A stretch of 64,000 nucleotides of DNA from contig OZ024743.1 in assembly GCA_964016885.1 (NCBI GenBank), forward strand, positions 227,974,001 through 228,038,000, given 5' to 3'. The stretch comes from Eledone cirrhosa (taxonomy: Eukaryota). Shown piece after piece: positions 22,386 through 37,962 of this stretch. Numbering within the stretch: the stretch's first letter is position 1; each line of letters opens with the position of its first letter. Position numbers and translations under genes: made by a program. The notes beneath the pieces were generated by a model that ran no database searches, had not been told where the DNA came from, and worked only from the letters and a program-made list of their open reading frames with translations.

Positions 22386-24244
22386 AAAGCAACCAAAGAA
22401 CAACATTCTTGGCAGATCTAGCTACAACAACAACAATAATACTGACCACCACTATTATTATGGCGATATAATAAACATAAACAACTACATCTATCATACA
22501 TGATAGCAATAACAAAACCAACAACCATCATCATGCTGGCAATGCCAACAACAACCTGCATCATATGGAGATGATGATGATACTACTACTACTACAACTA
22601 CTACTACTTCTACTCAGGAAGGATAATGACAGTATCAAGAATCCCAAAGATTATTTGTTCCTGATTGGTAAGATAGCTCTAAAGAAATTGCTGGCAATAC
22701 AAGAAATGAAAACAGGAAAGGTTGATTCATTCTTCCTGCCTTTTTTCTTCCTCTTCATCACCACTATGACTACCACATCTACCACAACTAACCATCCACC
22801 ACCATTTCCTCTCCCTCCTTATCAACATCTGACAACCAATTCAAGAGAGATCTGAGGTTTGTTTTTGAAGGTGAGTTATTCCACCCAATGTTTTCTCTAT
22901 CTGTCCACCCTTCCCACCCAAATCCCAACTCTATCAGTGCAATACATGTTCCAGTGAAATGTGGGGAATATTGACTGTGGAGTGAAGAAGTAAGTGTTAT
23001 GGCAGTTAATAATTGTTTCTAATATAGGGTACAAGGCCAGAAATTCTGCAGGAGACATTAGCCAATTAAATCAACCCCAGTACTTGACTGGTACTTTATT
23101 CCATAGACTCTGGTTCTTTTTTTTTTTAATCAATATGATTTATGTCAATGAGATTTTCCCAGATTGGCTGAGTATAATTAATTGTATGAAAAGTTTGATT
23201 TATTTTTGCATTACCAGTAGTTTTGTAGACATAAATGTGTCATACAGTTAATACAAATACATTACAAATACATTATGTCATACAGTTAATACAAATATTC
23301 TCGACTTCCACAATATATGTTTATTGCCCTTTTCATTCATTTTGCAATTATTATGCCTTGTAGACAGAGAAACTTTGGATTTCAAAGCTGGAAGATAGTC
23401 ACACACTTACTCAAATAAAAAGGATATTACCTGCCAGGCTATGGATGGCAGTGGTGGGGCTGGTAAGGGTAAAAGTAGAATAAATGAATAAATAAATGAC
23501 TCTAATCAAAGTACTAATTTTCCTTAGACATCAATCGGCTGTTATCGAAACCATACGCTAGTAGAGGTTTTGTTTTTAATTCATTAGTGACAAACTTCAT
23601 CCCTCTCTCCCAGCACCACTTTTCCACCCACATGCTGGGATAGGAATGAGGGCAGTAGAGAGGGACATTTTTTTCATCTCTACACCTCTCCACTCTCTCT
23701 TCTTTAACCTTCATGAGTTTTTTTGGTGACAATTTTAACTAAAATAACATGCCACAAAGGTGGAGCCTAAAAAATGCAATATGCAACCTACACACTCTAA
23801 TCTATTACATTATTATTATTATTTAGTAGTAGTAGTAGTAGTAGTAGTAGCAGTGGCGGTAGTAGAAGTGGTGGTAGTAGTAGTAGCAACAGTAGCAGTA
23901 TTATGTAAGTGCTAGCAAGTTCTTAAAGGGAAACAACTACAACAACAAATAAAATATCAATTGTTAATACAGCTGATTATACTTCAACAGTAAAGACAAA
24001 AGAGTGAGAGAGAGGGAGAGTGAGAGAGAGTAGGAAGTAAAAATAACACCAAGTCACCCCCACCCACTAAGTAATAAAAATAAAAAAAACTTTAAAAAAA
24101 ACTCCTTAGGATTTTTTAAACATTCAGGTTTTGCTTTTTTGCAATGAGAACTCTTATTGCCAGCGGGCTATTGTTAGTGGCATTGATATGGTACCACCAG
24201 CTGTGTTTGATATGTGTTAGCATATATGTACTTATGTATATATA

Positions 24245-24314
<70 letters not shown>

Positions 24315-25042
24315 CAGAAATAGCACAACAAAGAGAAAACTATGTAAGACATGGAAAGACAAGGAGAAAACCTGAACAAAAAAAATGCTCTCTTCAGCTT
24401 TGTGAGTGTGTAAGTCGATGCCTACATATACATTTATTATGTACACACTACGAGAAGTAGAAGTACTAATTCAGGTAGGAACTAAACTACTTCAAATAAA
24501 TGCCACAAGCTACAATGTTGGTTTTCACCTCTGTCACGATCAAACTCCTCTACTCCATTCTACACACACCCAGTCTCCTGTACACAAAACACCTGTGGTA
24601 TACATAGTGAGATTGGTGGATATATATATGTATATATATATATGTGTGTATAAATATATATCTGTGTGTTTATACATACAGAGGTGTGGGTACAAATGAA
24701 AGAAAAGGGCAATCAACATAATGTTTTGCTAATATGGTTTCACACAGTACAGGACATTAAGAGTTAAATTTAACATTAAGCATTAACATTACTCTATATC
24801 CCAATAGAAAATAACCTAGAAAAAGCTTTACATAGAATTAATAAATGTGTATGCTCTATGGTGTATAGTATACCTATTATTATGTTTAGAATAGGTACAC
24901 CAGCATCCGTGTGTGTCACATGAAGTGACTAAAATGGATAACTATAGGAAGGGTATCTTGATTACACAAACTTTCACAAATGTTCATGTAACATTCTTCG
25001 AATAATTTGATGTATAAACTCTCTTGAAACACATGTATTTGA

Positions 25043-25109
<67 letters not shown>

Positions 25110-26148
25110 AATCTTTATATCTTTCACAACAAAGTGCAATACAGTTTTAAAACAAAAAAAACCAACAAACATACAAAAACAACATCAAATAAAAAATAAT
25201 TTATCAAGTTGTCACACCTCAATATTTCATCTATTCTATAAAACTGTTTACAACAACAATAATGAAAGAAGTTTTCACCATCCCCATCATAGATGCCACT
25301 ATAACCCCCCCCCCCCCCACTCTTTTACACAATATTCTTTCTTTCTCTTTCTCAAACTTCCACACTCTTTCCTTTTCCATTTATCCCCTCTCTCACTCTT
25401 TCTTACACTCTCTCTATACTTTCCACACCCTTCAAAAACACTTCAAAGTATGATACAAATTTTAAAATCAACATTTTCCACAATAGAACCTACCAACATA
25501 TTTCCACTAGCACACTAAGAAGCAGCTATGTACCATGTATTTTTAGTAAGGGATTGGGATGGGCTTGAGATAAAGGGGAGGGGATAAATAAATAAGTTTT
25601 TTTTTTCATTCTAAACACTGCCACTATCTCTCCCCCATCTCCCACCATCATGTTTCTGTTTTTGTTTGTTGATTTCTCTTCTCATCTGGCTCCTTGCTTC
25701 TCTCTACCTATCCAACTATCCCCCCCCCCCCCACACACTCCACTTCTATTGATGTGTAAATTGTGATGGTTGTGGTAGTGGTGGTGGTGGTGATAATAGT
25801 AGTAGTAGTGGTGGTGGATAGGAATCAATAGGCACCATAACACAACCTCCCCACTCCCCCACACATACAATCACACTCTAGCCCCTCTCATTCCCTCTCT
25901 TATCCAGGATCAACAAAGCTGAGCTGACAGAAAGACATACATACATCACCAACAACAACAAAGCATTCTTTCACAGACATTCCTTCATTCTTTACTTTTG
26001 CTTTTCCAGACAGGGTGGAGCAGGAGATATTTATAATAAATACCTATACAAAGAAAAGGCTGGTGGAGGGGAAAGCGAAGGGGGTTCTGTGCAAAATCCC
26101 TATTGAGCAATAGCAGTGAAATACAGTACAGCAATATAGAAGGTTTTA

Positions 26149-26300
26149 GAGTTTGATAAAGGTGTGATAGAGAATTTTTATAGCAGTACCTATGGTATAG
26201 TTTGATAAAGGTGTGATAGAGAATGTTTATAGCAGTACCTATGGTATAGTTTGATAAATGTGGAGGACATAATGTTTATAGCAGTACCTATGGTATTTAT
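26149..26300. repeat. ~49-bp minisatellite, ~3 copies
   Basis: Repeats of AGTTTGATAAAGGTGTGATAGAGAAT.TTTATAGCAGTACCTATGGTAT. Confidence 0.85.
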
Positions 26301-27589
26301 GGCAGTAACAGCAGATTGACAGAATCTTCAGATCCTTGTTGGACAAATGATTTGAAGTATTTGTTGTGAACCTTTTTGCTCTGAGTTCAAATTTGCCTTT
26401 CATCCTTTTGGAGTCGATGAAATAATGTACCAGTAAAGTAGTTAGTACTGGTGTAGATTTAATTAACATCTCCCTATCCAATTGCTGACCTTGTGCTAAC
26501 ATTAGAAATGTATAGCAGTAACTATAATGTGGATGAGGTGGGGTATATGTTTATAGCAGCAGCTATAGTTTGATAAAGGGGGAACATAACTAAATACTGT
26601 AGAGCTTTATGTCTGTTGCTCTACTGGTTCTGTCAATCTCTTAACTCAAAGATATTATCCATAGGGTTTATATAGAGGTTCTTTTCTGGATCAGACAAAA
26701 ATTCATAAGACAATTACCTTCATAATATTGCTTTTTTAGGTTAAGAGTAAAGTTGATTAAATCAACCCCAGTAATAGGAAGGTGTAAAATTGATATTTGT
26801 AGGATTTGAAATCAGAATGTGAAGAGCCAGAAAAAATGCTGACGGCAGGTTTTATCAGATGATCTAACAATTCACAATATTCACCACACCTAGCAGCTTT
26901 AATAATTGTTTTTACTTTTGGCACAAGGCCAGCAATTACCCAGTACATTACTAATAATAATTCCCTAACACACTTCATTTACAACACAAAATCCCTTCAG
27001 AAAAAAAAGGCATGAACATTATTCAATCTCATTCTAGCAACTCCCGATAAAGGGTGGTCTCCTGTCTGTGTACGAAATTGATTATGTCGCATTGCAGCCA
27101 TTGGAGAACAGTGTAATATGTATATATATATGTAGGATTAAATATATATGTGTATATGTGTGTGTGTGTGTGTTTGAAAGTCAATGCAACAGAGTGTGTA
27201 TGAAAGTATCTGTGAGTGTATGTCTAAAAGTTGTTGTGTCTTAACTTTTTAATCCTCCAGGCTTAGGTGTGAATGATCTCACCCTTAATCTTTTCTAAAG
27301 CTCAATAGAAGAACCTTTAATCTTCAGCTTTCTAAAAGAAACCTTTAAATTGACAAGGCAAAAGAATATTCAGTACATTACACATACACACCAACACATT
27401 TGTATGTATATGTGTGTGCGTCTGTATGACCAATTTTAATATGAAGGTTTTGGAGATCCTAGCAAATACTGAAAGATTATTTAGCTATCATGACCAGAGA
27501 CAGACAAAAATGGAAAGAGCTCTAAAAGTTGGGTAGGGAGGTAAGTTTGGGTCTGATATTGGTTAAGATGTAAGAATCTGGAATGGAAT

Positions 27590-27930
27590 AGACTAACGTC
27601 AGTTTTGATGACAAGTGTTCCAGTTGTTCAAGCAATCGAAGAACTTGCTTGTAAAAGTAAACCCTTAATGTCTGAGCATTCTACAGACACATGGACCCAT
27701 AACAGAATTCTCAAGGAGATTTAGCACAAAACATGGCGATAAATCTGACACTTTAACTTACAGGTAACATCCATCCAAAGGGCTTCCAAACAGTGTCTGT
27801 CTACACAATTTCAATGCCAGGTCTTCCGTTGACCCAAGGCTGGAGCAAAGGATATTTATTTGCCCAAGATGATGTGCAGTTGGATCGAACCTGACAACTA
27901 ATCACTGTGAAGTAAAACCCTTAACCTTGC
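27590..27930 (-). mobile_element. Degenerate SINE composite (families S4 and S2)
   Basis: Reverse complement resembles 60797-60915 and 63540-63680 (CAGCCTTGTC...GTCTGTGGA-TGCTCAG...CAACTGGAA) plus an S2-like head. Confidence 0.5.
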
Positions 27931-28890
27931 TGTGTCCATGTGTGAGATATAAGAGAGAGAAGACAGAAGGTTCATAGAATAGGACAAAAGCCAAAAAAGG
28001 GGCTGGGATGGTGAGAGGGGTGAGTTTATGCAGAGGTGGATCCCCTTCAACTTATTACACACCTTCCTTCTCTGTCCTCTCCACTACTAACTCCTGCCTT
28101 AGGCTGCTTATATTGGGATAATGAAACACACTGAGGAGATTTGTCACTTCTTTGACTGCTAACGATTTCTATTGACAGCTGCTAAGGACAGCTTTCCACT
28201 CAAGATCTATAATTCACTATAACATGTCTATATATACACATATTACATATACATTTATATATGTCGATTATATATATATATATATATAAATTCACACACA
28301 CCCACGTCAGTGTTTATTACACACTCATACATGTGTGGATGTATGCATGCACATGAAATAAAAAGGACAGCTTTACTTAACATACAAACTTGTGAAATTA
28401 GTAGGATTGAAATCAAAATATTCATTGATTAAATAGACACAGCAGACATACACTCAACACTAGATAGGAAGACATACAGAGAAGCACACAAAGACACACA
28501 GGCATACAGATATACACTCTTACACACCCTAACAATGAAATCATTTCCCAGAGATGTTATACATTTTACATTTGTTAATCTTTCATGCTGGCAGGAATGA
28601 GGTGTGTTGTCATGGCCTGAGACTAGGTGGGTTAGAGAGATCCCATCTTGCTTATATGTTCCAAGTCTAGATATATATCCACCTTAAGATTTTTTGGCAA
28701 GGCCAGGTTATAATATTCATTTATGGCAGTATTGAACAAGTCCCTAAATTTATAGGGTTGCAGAGTGTAGTAGATTGAAGCAATGCCCAGCATATATTTG
28801 GCAGGTCCTTTTATTATAGAAAGCAGGGAGATGAAGGGTAAATCTAATCGGGTTTCTATTTTGAACACTACAGAAGTGCAGATGAAAATA

Positions 28891-29168
28891 ATTGTTTCGA
28901 CTTTAGGCACAAGGCCAGCAATTACCCCAGTGTATTACTGATACTTTATTTTATCGACCCCATAAGGATGAAAAGCAAAGTTAACCTCGGCGGGATTTGA
29001 ACTCAGACCATAAAGGAGCATAACTCTTTGCTGCAAAGCAGATGAAAATAATTGTTTCTACTTTTGGCACAAGGCCAGCAATTACCCAGTGCATTACTGG
29101 TACTTTATTTTATTGACCCCGTAAGGATGAAAGGCAAAGTTCAAAGTTAATCTCAGCGGGATTTGAAA
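28891..29168 (-). mobile_element. Two tandem 5'-truncated S1 SINEs with a triplicated TSD
   Basis: GCAGATGAAAATAAT at 28878-28892, 29038-29052 and 29169-29183. Confidence 0.85.
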
Positions 29169-29290
29169 GCAGATGAAAATAATGACAATAGAAACATATT
29201 TAATTTGACATCCTACTAATCTACCATGCTTTATACTTATAAATTATTTTGATGAGGAATTAATTAAATATATCAAACATAAGAACAAAC

Positions 29291-29426
29291 ATGGTTGCGT
29301 GGTTAAGGGGTTTGCTTTGCAACCATGTAGTTTCGGATTCATTTCCACTATGTGCCATCTTAGACTAGTGTCTTCTAATATAGACTCAGGTTAACCATTG
29401 TATTTATTGTGTGTGAAATTTGGTAG

Positions 29427-29430
<4 letters not shown>
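29291..29430 (+). mobile_element. SINE family S2
   Basis: ATGGTTGCGTGGTTAAG...GTGTCTTCTAATATAG...AATTTGGTAGA. Confidence 0.6.
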
Positions 29431-29473
<43 letters not shown>

Positions 29474-32299
29474 AGTTTTGTTGTGATGATAGGGTGGTAG
29501 TGTGGGTGGTCATGGTAGTATATTATTGTTGTTGTTAAGATAGATAGAGAGAGTCAGTGTGAATTCATGTCAGTCTTTGACCACTGCCTGAAGACAGAAA
29601 GAAATAGAAATGTCCAATTAATAAGATAATTAATGAGCGAGAGAGGAAGTGTGAGTGTGTGTACATGTCTGTTTGTGTGTATGTTGGAGGGGAGAGAGAG
29701 TTGAAAGAGAAAGGCAAAGGGAAATGTGAGATGAAAGCAAAGTGAAGAGAGGGACACAAGCATACACACATATTTGCATACATACATACATAATAAAGCC
29801 AGAGGAAGATATATATGCATGTGTATGTATGTGTGTGTGGAGTGAGTGTTTATGTGTGTGTGTGGAGTGAGTGTTTATGTGGGTGAGAGCAAGAGAGAGA
29901 GGAAGAGATAAGGGTAATAAGAGGAGCTGACAAGAGGGTTTAAGATAGTACCTTGGGGATGTGGGCAGAGGAGTGTTGGTGTTGACTTACAGGAGTATAG
30001 TAGAGGTAGCATTAGGAGTAATGGCAGAGGGGCAGCTGGTGGTGGTGGGTCTATAGTATTCTAAATTATCACTAATGAGCTAGAAGACCATTAAAATCCT
30101 TCTCAACATTGACAGGTCTGTTTGTGTTGTAACAGTTTTAAATATGAAATTAAATTAAGATGTATCCAGTGTTCGGCAGGTGTCAAAAATGGTAAGATGA
30201 AAGAAGGAGGTGAATGGGTGGATGGTGTAGGAGAGAAGAGTGTCAGTGTCAGTTTAGTGGTGGTAGTGACAGTGATAGACTAGTATGGGCTGGAAACAAT
30301 AAAGTGTGTATGAGGTAGGAGAAAGAAGAGTGGAGTTAAAGTTTCATGAGAGAGAGTATGAAGGTCACATTATGACAGCAAACAAACATGGTTAGATTCT
30401 GTTGTTGGATGTTGTCTAGTTTAATGACATCTTGTGTGTATATGTGTATTCCTTCCCTTCTATCAATCATTATACAGCAACCATATAAAGACACCATGTT
30501 GAAAGGATTTAGTCAGTCATTTCCAAAACAGTATTTACTTTTCAAGTCTAGTACTTATTTTATCAATCTCTTGTTATCAAACATCTAATTTACAGACATA
30601 GATCATTTGATGAAGGTTTTTTTTTAAATATCAAGGACAAATTAAATATTTTCAAGGTAACAATTGAAAACTTTTGTTCTTGTTATTATTTTTATGGTTT
30701 ATTGTTCTATTTACATTATTATAGCATTTTAGAATCGCATTAAAATAGAAAAAAAAAACCTTTATAACTCCAATTTCATATGAGATCTTCGCAAAACCAA
30801 AGATCATACCAGTTTCTTGCTTCTAGTCAATGATGTAATGTAATATTGTCATAAGACCTGAAAGGGACTTTGATTTTACTGTTTTTTTATCACTCTATAG
30901 TGATATTAAAGCTTGATAATTGTGATGGAGATGATGATGATGCTGACAATGAAGATGACTTGATGACAATAAAAGATAAAACAAATTAAATGACATTCTG
31001 AGCTTAAGAACAAGATGTTGATCTCTAGCATGTCTAGTCTAGCATCAGACCATGATGACCAATCCAACTGATGACAGTATGGATAATGGACATAAAATGA
31101 TGATATTTCAAGATAGTACTCCGGCTACAAGTACTTACATGATAAGTACTAACAGGCAAGGTTGATTAAAAGTAAAACGTAAAATAAATATAAATAAATT
31201 CATGAAGTCAATACTCCCCATCACCACCACACACACATGCACACACACTTTACAATACTTGCAAAAGCAACTTAAATATTATTGATTGTTAGTAGCTGTA
31301 GTGCAGAAAATCAATTGAAGTATCTGTTAGCTACAGCAATTATCTTGAGCACTTTGCTATATATCTAACCAAAGTGATATGTGAGCCAAGAAAACATGGT
31401 ATCTATATCTGCAGTCAATATTTTCTGTGTAAAAATTGAAAAAATTACCACCAGTCACCCTATAGCTCTCAGCACCACCCATTTTCCGGCAACTCTGTCT
31501 GGAGAGAATTTTTTTGTATTTTAAAGAAACATTTTTTTTTTCATATTTCTCACAAAAAATAAAATTTATAAAAAAAATCGATTATAAAGTAACTAAACGA
31601 ATGAAAGATATAAAGAACCACTAATGGCTAATAATGAGAAGATAACCTCGTCCACTAAACACTTCCATTTCCTACTGGTGGTGCTGTTGTTGATGTTGTT
31701 ATAACTATCAACAATTTTAATCAGGAGTAACAATGATGGCATCAGCATCATCATCTTCACCACACTACTAACTTCCTCAGAGCCACCATCAGCATCTTCA
31801 CTACCACCAATACATCATTAAAATCACCATCACCACCATCATCTTTACTACCAACACTATCACTTTTACCAGCATAAATCATTGCCATTGTCACCACCAT
31901 TAACACTCTCCCTCATTACTGAACCCTCTTCAACAGTCTTATGACACAACTGTCCACAAAAAACCTTATCTACTAAAAACATTGCCAAAACATTCTAAAC
32001 ACACAACTTTTCAAAATAAAGTTACCTAAGTTGGTTTTTTATACTAAATATCAGTTTGACTGTTCTACTACTAATGCCTTCATTACTAACTATTCACCTG
32101 ATGTGTATGTGTATGTAGACAAACACATGAATATACAGGGAGATTTCCATACACATAATCATCGACAGATGAATATATTTACACATACATGAATATAAGT
32201 GTGTGTTGCATGTCACAAAAGTGTGTGCATGTGAAAAAGCAGACAGAAAAATGATGATATATAGATAATATTATTATATAAATATATGGAAATGGGCGA

Positions 32300-32612
32300 A
32301 ACTGCCATGTTGTTTGAGTGCTCTACTTGTTTGAACAACAGAACAGCCTTCACATGAAATTGATGTTCAAATGGCTGAGTATTCCAGACTTATGTAACCT
32401 TAATATAGTTCTTGTGGAGATTCAGCATGACAAGGTTTGGCAAGGCACATTCCATCCAATGGGATTCTAAACAGTTTCCATCTATCCAATTTCACTTATA
32501 AGTCAAGGGTCAACTCAAAGCTATGAAAAATGACATTTGCTTAAGATCCCACACAGTAGGATCGAACTCAGATCCATATCTTTCAGAAGAGAATGTCTTA
32601 ACCATTTGGCAA
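32300..32612 (-). mobile_element. Degenerate SINE composite (S4 + S2)
   Basis: Same arrangement as 27590-27930. Confidence 0.5.
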
Positions 32613-34171
32613 TAGGAATCATTGAACCTACATGATATCAAAAGTAATTCTGGTGGTCAGTGGATTGAATACATGACATTTACTTATTACATTAGAAAAG
32701 AACTTATCATGTTTCAGACTTGGAGTATAGATGGAGGGACTGAGTAAATAGGTGAGGATGGAAATGCAGACGAGATAAAGACACAAGAAAGAAGAGAGAT
32801 AGATAAAAGTGTACCACATTGTTTAATCTTAGATAGGGTTGAGAGAGTGAGAGAGATTCTATGTGCACTACTTTCTTTACTTTTTAAAATATTCTTTTAT
32901 TTTTGTATCAGTACTAAACATTATTACCATTATTTCTAGTTTTCAACTGAGGAATTTGTGGAACAGGGTGTTGACAAAATGAAATCCCAGAAACGCCAAC
33001 CATTTTGGAAAAAGTTTTCTACAGATGGCTGCCCGAGATTATATATATATATATATACATGCTGAAGATTACATACATTCATACAGAGAAACATACATAA
33101 CTGCTAAATACATATACAGACATATATACATAATTTCATACATACATGCCCAAGAATACATACATATATACATACATACAGAAAAATAAAACAAAAATAA
33201 GAGTGGAAGGGAGAGAGAGCAAAACCTGTGTGAGCAAGTGTATGTATGTGTGTGTGTGTGGAAATAGTGTGTTCGGTGGAAATGGAGGAGCAACACTTGA
33301 GTAAGAGATATCATTCTACTGTCTTCTTTTGACATCAGATGATTTGCTTATTATAGCACTTGTCAGTTTGTACCCAGATTTTGTATGTATTAGAGGTTAG
33401 GCTGGTTGGCTAGTTAGATGGTTGGTTGGTGGCTCCTCTGGTGGTAGGTAGTACCTCTGACTTTTATGTGTGTGTGTGTGTGTGCATTTTTTTCTTTCCT
33501 TCTCAGGGAAAGGAAAATTAAACATAGTCTATGTATATACATTGACAATGAGTTGAACTTTTTTTAGAGCAAGGAATGAGGGTTTGTTTTGCACTTCTTT
33601 TCCCTTTGATTATTTCAAAGAGTTTTGATGTCTCATACTCGTTTATCCTCTCACCAACACACACACACCTCTAGTTGAAGTAATAGAGATAACAGAATTT
33701 ACAGATATAAACAAAATAACTTTTAAGATGCTCCCCCTACCCACCTGTGTACTCAATCCGTAGTAGTAGTAGTAGTAGTAGTAGTAGAAGCAGCAGTAGC
33801 AGCAGCAACAGTATTAGTAGTAGCAATTGTAATAGTAAACAAATGAGAAAAAAAACAAGGTATTCCTTCCAATGAATGTCTTAATCATTTCCACAAGAGA
33901 TTTTTTTCATTTAAATACCTTAAGTTTTTTCCTACCAACTACAAAGGTGTAGTAAGCAATGAACTGTGGGAATGAGAGTTGTATTTAAACATTACCCCAT
34001 AGAAAATGGCAGCATTGTTTTATGATTTTCCTGGGAGAGATTATAGAATGGTACATTTTGGCAATTTGTCTCCATTATGAAACAACAAAAGTACCAAGCA
34101 AATTGACTAAGGCTTGCTCAACTAGACTCCCTGTGTTCAAATCTTAGCTTTCCTTGCCATCACTTCAGGAT

Positions 34172-34208
<37 letters not shown>

Positions 34209-34210
<2 letters not shown>

Positions 34211-34560
34211 CACAGGCATGGGTGTGTAGTTACGGAATACTTCTTGAAACCACATGGTTGGGGGGGGGGGGGGGGGGGTCAGTTTCAAATTGTGGCTCAT
34301 TGGCTTCTACTATGCCATCATGTTGACCAATGTCTTTTAAGAAGAATAACTAGTAGACAGAAACCCATTATGTGTGTGTGTATATATGTGTTTGTGTATA
34401 TGTGTGTCTGTGTGCATTTATGTGCTGTAACTTAGTGGTCTTACAAAAAAGAGAGCACCACAATTGTAAAAATGAGTACTAGGGTCAATAAGATCAAATT
34501 TGGTGGTACCCCAGTATGGTGAAAAATTAATGAATGAAACTGGTAAAGGAATAAATAAAT
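34209..34560 (+). mobile_element. Degenerate SINE family S2
   Basis: GGCACAGGCATGG head, AACCACATGG, TAGACAGAAAC and CCCCAGTATGG motifs. Confidence 0.55.
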
Positions 34561-35964
34561 CAATAATACAGTCAATGTTCAAGAAATCAAACCCAGTCGC
34601 CTTTTTATCGTCTTATTGATAAGGTAACTTTCTGTATAGATTAGGGGTAGATAACTTTTATTGCTCTTTGCTGCACCATGGCACCTCAAGAATGTCGATG
34701 CATTTTCCTACTCTCAATATAAAATGGAATATAAAAAGGAAACATTTTGAACCCCCACCCTTTCAAAATGCCTCCTGAATATTCAAACAGTATCCCTGTG
34801 GGGTGTACACCCCATACCTCACTTGATTGAGAGCAACCTTTATTCCTATTTCTTGCAAAGATAAAGGAGAGTGATAAGACATAAATAAAATAAAATAGAG
34901 TAAAGTAAAATATAAAGAAACATGATAAAAGAGAGAAAAGAATATAAGAAAGAAATAAGGAAGAAAAGGAGAAGGAAGAGAGTAAAGAGAAAAAAACTAA
35001 GAGAGAGGTGGATGAAAATAGAATTGAATAGAGAGCGAGAGAAGGGGGAGAGAGAGAAGGAGAGAAAGTAGAAACACATTGCTTCACTGACAGTGTCATA
35101 ATGAGAAAATTTTAAAACAAAAAATAAAGAAAGAACTAAGAGGGTTTTAGCATGGAATTTTTAGGTTTACCAAAGAGAAGCAGACTGTCCTTTTGAAGTC
35201 TGAAAGATTTAAGAAAACTGTCTGCTACTGCCCATTGACTTGTTATTAGACACAAGATCCCTAACAAAACATTGGTTTGAAATTCCCAAACATGAATAAA
35301 CAAATACAAAAGGGATTGAAAGCTTAAAACAAAAAGCAGAGACAGAAGGAAAATAGGAAAAATGTTTCTTGTGATAAATGGCAGAAAGAAAACTGAATAT
35401 TCCAAGCTATTGAATTGAAACAAGAATTTTTCATAATTTTAAGATTTTACATGTATAAAAATGTGTGTATGTATGTATACATGTATAAAAATACATGTAC
35501 TGAATAACTCAATTTTTTTTTTTTTTTTTTTCAAATGCAGCATTATGATATTTATCAATGGGCAAACACTGAATCAAGCATCACTTTTATAGCGTTGCTG
35601 CTTACAGTATCTAAATCTACTATTCCATGTGTATAGTCAGTGACATAGCATCTAGGTAGTTTGAAGACCTGCTGGATGTAGCAGCTAAATCTCATTCAAA
35701 TTGAAATAAAACGAAATTTACAGTTAACTAATTAGTTTAGCCAGATGCCCACAAGGCTGTAACTTATAGGTTTCTTGGATATTTTCTTGATAGAGACCAA
35801 AGTACTATCAGGAAAATATGAAATGAAGAGTCTTTCAAGAAAATAATGTGCTGCCCAGTCCATGAATTGAATAGCAAATCTTATGACTGTGAGTTTCCCC
35901 AGATAACTGTACACATCTCTCAAATTAAACTACCATCTCTAATAAAACAAAAGGATATATATGA

Positions 35965-36143
35965 TAATTGTTTCTACTTTTGGAACAAGGCCAGCAATAC
36001 CCAGTAAATTACTGGTACTTTATTTTATCAACCCCATAAGGATGAAAGGCAAAGTTGACCTCGGCGGGATTTGAACTCAGAATGGAAAGAGCCGTAACTC
36101 TATGCGTCAAAGCATGGTGTCTGACCCTCTACCGATAATGCCA
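35965..36143 (-). mobile_element. SINE family S1
   Basis: Core and B box as in the other copies. Confidence 0.85.
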
Positions 36144-36801
36144 AGTCTGAAAGTAAGCACATGTAAATCCAAAAATATTGGAGAGACAGAGTTGAGTTGG
36201 AATATCATTTATTAGTGGTCAGTCAAACCAGGTTCGCCAGGGGCAAAACAATAACTATTTTACAGTAGTTTATATCAAATCATAAATTGTTTTAGGAAAC
36301 CCATTACAATGAAACTTTAAAATATGAGAGTGAAAACTAGAGTAAGAAAAGAAAAGAGTGACAAAAAACTAGTTTACAAAGTTACCTCATATCTTATGAT
36401 ATTTTGAGCATAGCCCTTTTTTAAAAAAGAAAGGAAATGGGAGTATGCTGCTGACAACAAGCAAACATAAATATTCAAGTATCTTGACCAAGAACTAAGC
36501 TCATCAATGACATTGAATACTTGGTTGTTAGTTTGGCTATCAAAAACACTACTATGCACACAAGCTTGTGTGTTTGTGTGTGTTTACATATAATATATAT
36601 ACCTCATGTAGACACATACATGTGAGTGCATTTTTTATCAATACTCAATACACACACACAAACACACATGTGTAGAGTGTGTTTGTGTTTTGAACTATTA
36701 AAAGATCAAATAATCAAAAGCTTTTGATACAGCAAACCATTAAACATATATTTCAAGATTGATCTCATAAACTTTTGTAACACACTGGAAATCAGGTCAA
36801 C

Positions 36802-37110
36802 TATATATATATATATATATATATACATATGCACATATATATATATACATATATATATATATGCACATATACATACATAGATATATGCATACATACATAT
36901 ATACAAATACATACATACATATATACATATACATACCTACATATATATACATATACATACCTACATATATATACATACACATACCTACATATATACATAT
37001 ACATACCTACATATATATACATACACATACCTACATATATATACATACACATACCTACATATATATACATACACATACCTACATATATACATATACATAC
37101 CTATATATAC

Positions 37111-37144
<34 letters not shown>

Positions 37145-37153
37145 ACATACATA

Positions 37154-37249
<96 letters not shown>

Positions 37250-37460
37250 CATATATATACATACATACATACACATACATACATACATACATATATATAT
37301 ATACATACATATATACATACATACATATATCTATATACATACACACATACACATATATATATATACATACCCACATACACACATATATATACGCATGCAC
37401 ACACATATATATATATATCCACATACATACACACACACATATATATATATATATATACAC

Positions 37461-37540
<80 letters not shown>

Positions 37541-37889
37541 ATATATATATATCCATATATATATATATATATCCATATATATATATCCATATATATATAT
37601 ATCCATATATATATATATATCCATATATATAAATATATATCCATATATATATATCCATATATATAAATATATATCCATATATATAAATATATATCCATAT
37701 ATATATATATATATATATATCCATATATATATATCTACATATATATATATCTACTTATACATACATAGATATATATATATATCTACTTATACATACACAC
37801 ACATATATATATATGGTGGGTCCGTCAACTCATTATATATATACTCCATATTATATATATATATAAATATATATATATATACATACATA

Positions 37890-37962
<73 letters not shown>

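Noticed and set aside
26149-26300. Regularly spaced repeats resembling a CRISPR array
   Set aside because: No unique spacers, eukaryotic context and no cas genes; a simple minisatellite.
30781-30802. TGAGATCTTCGCAAAACCAA resembling the bantam miRNA (also TGAGATCATT on the minus strand at ~27272-27281)
   Set aside because: No complementary arm to form a precursor hairpin; short seed matches are expected by chance.
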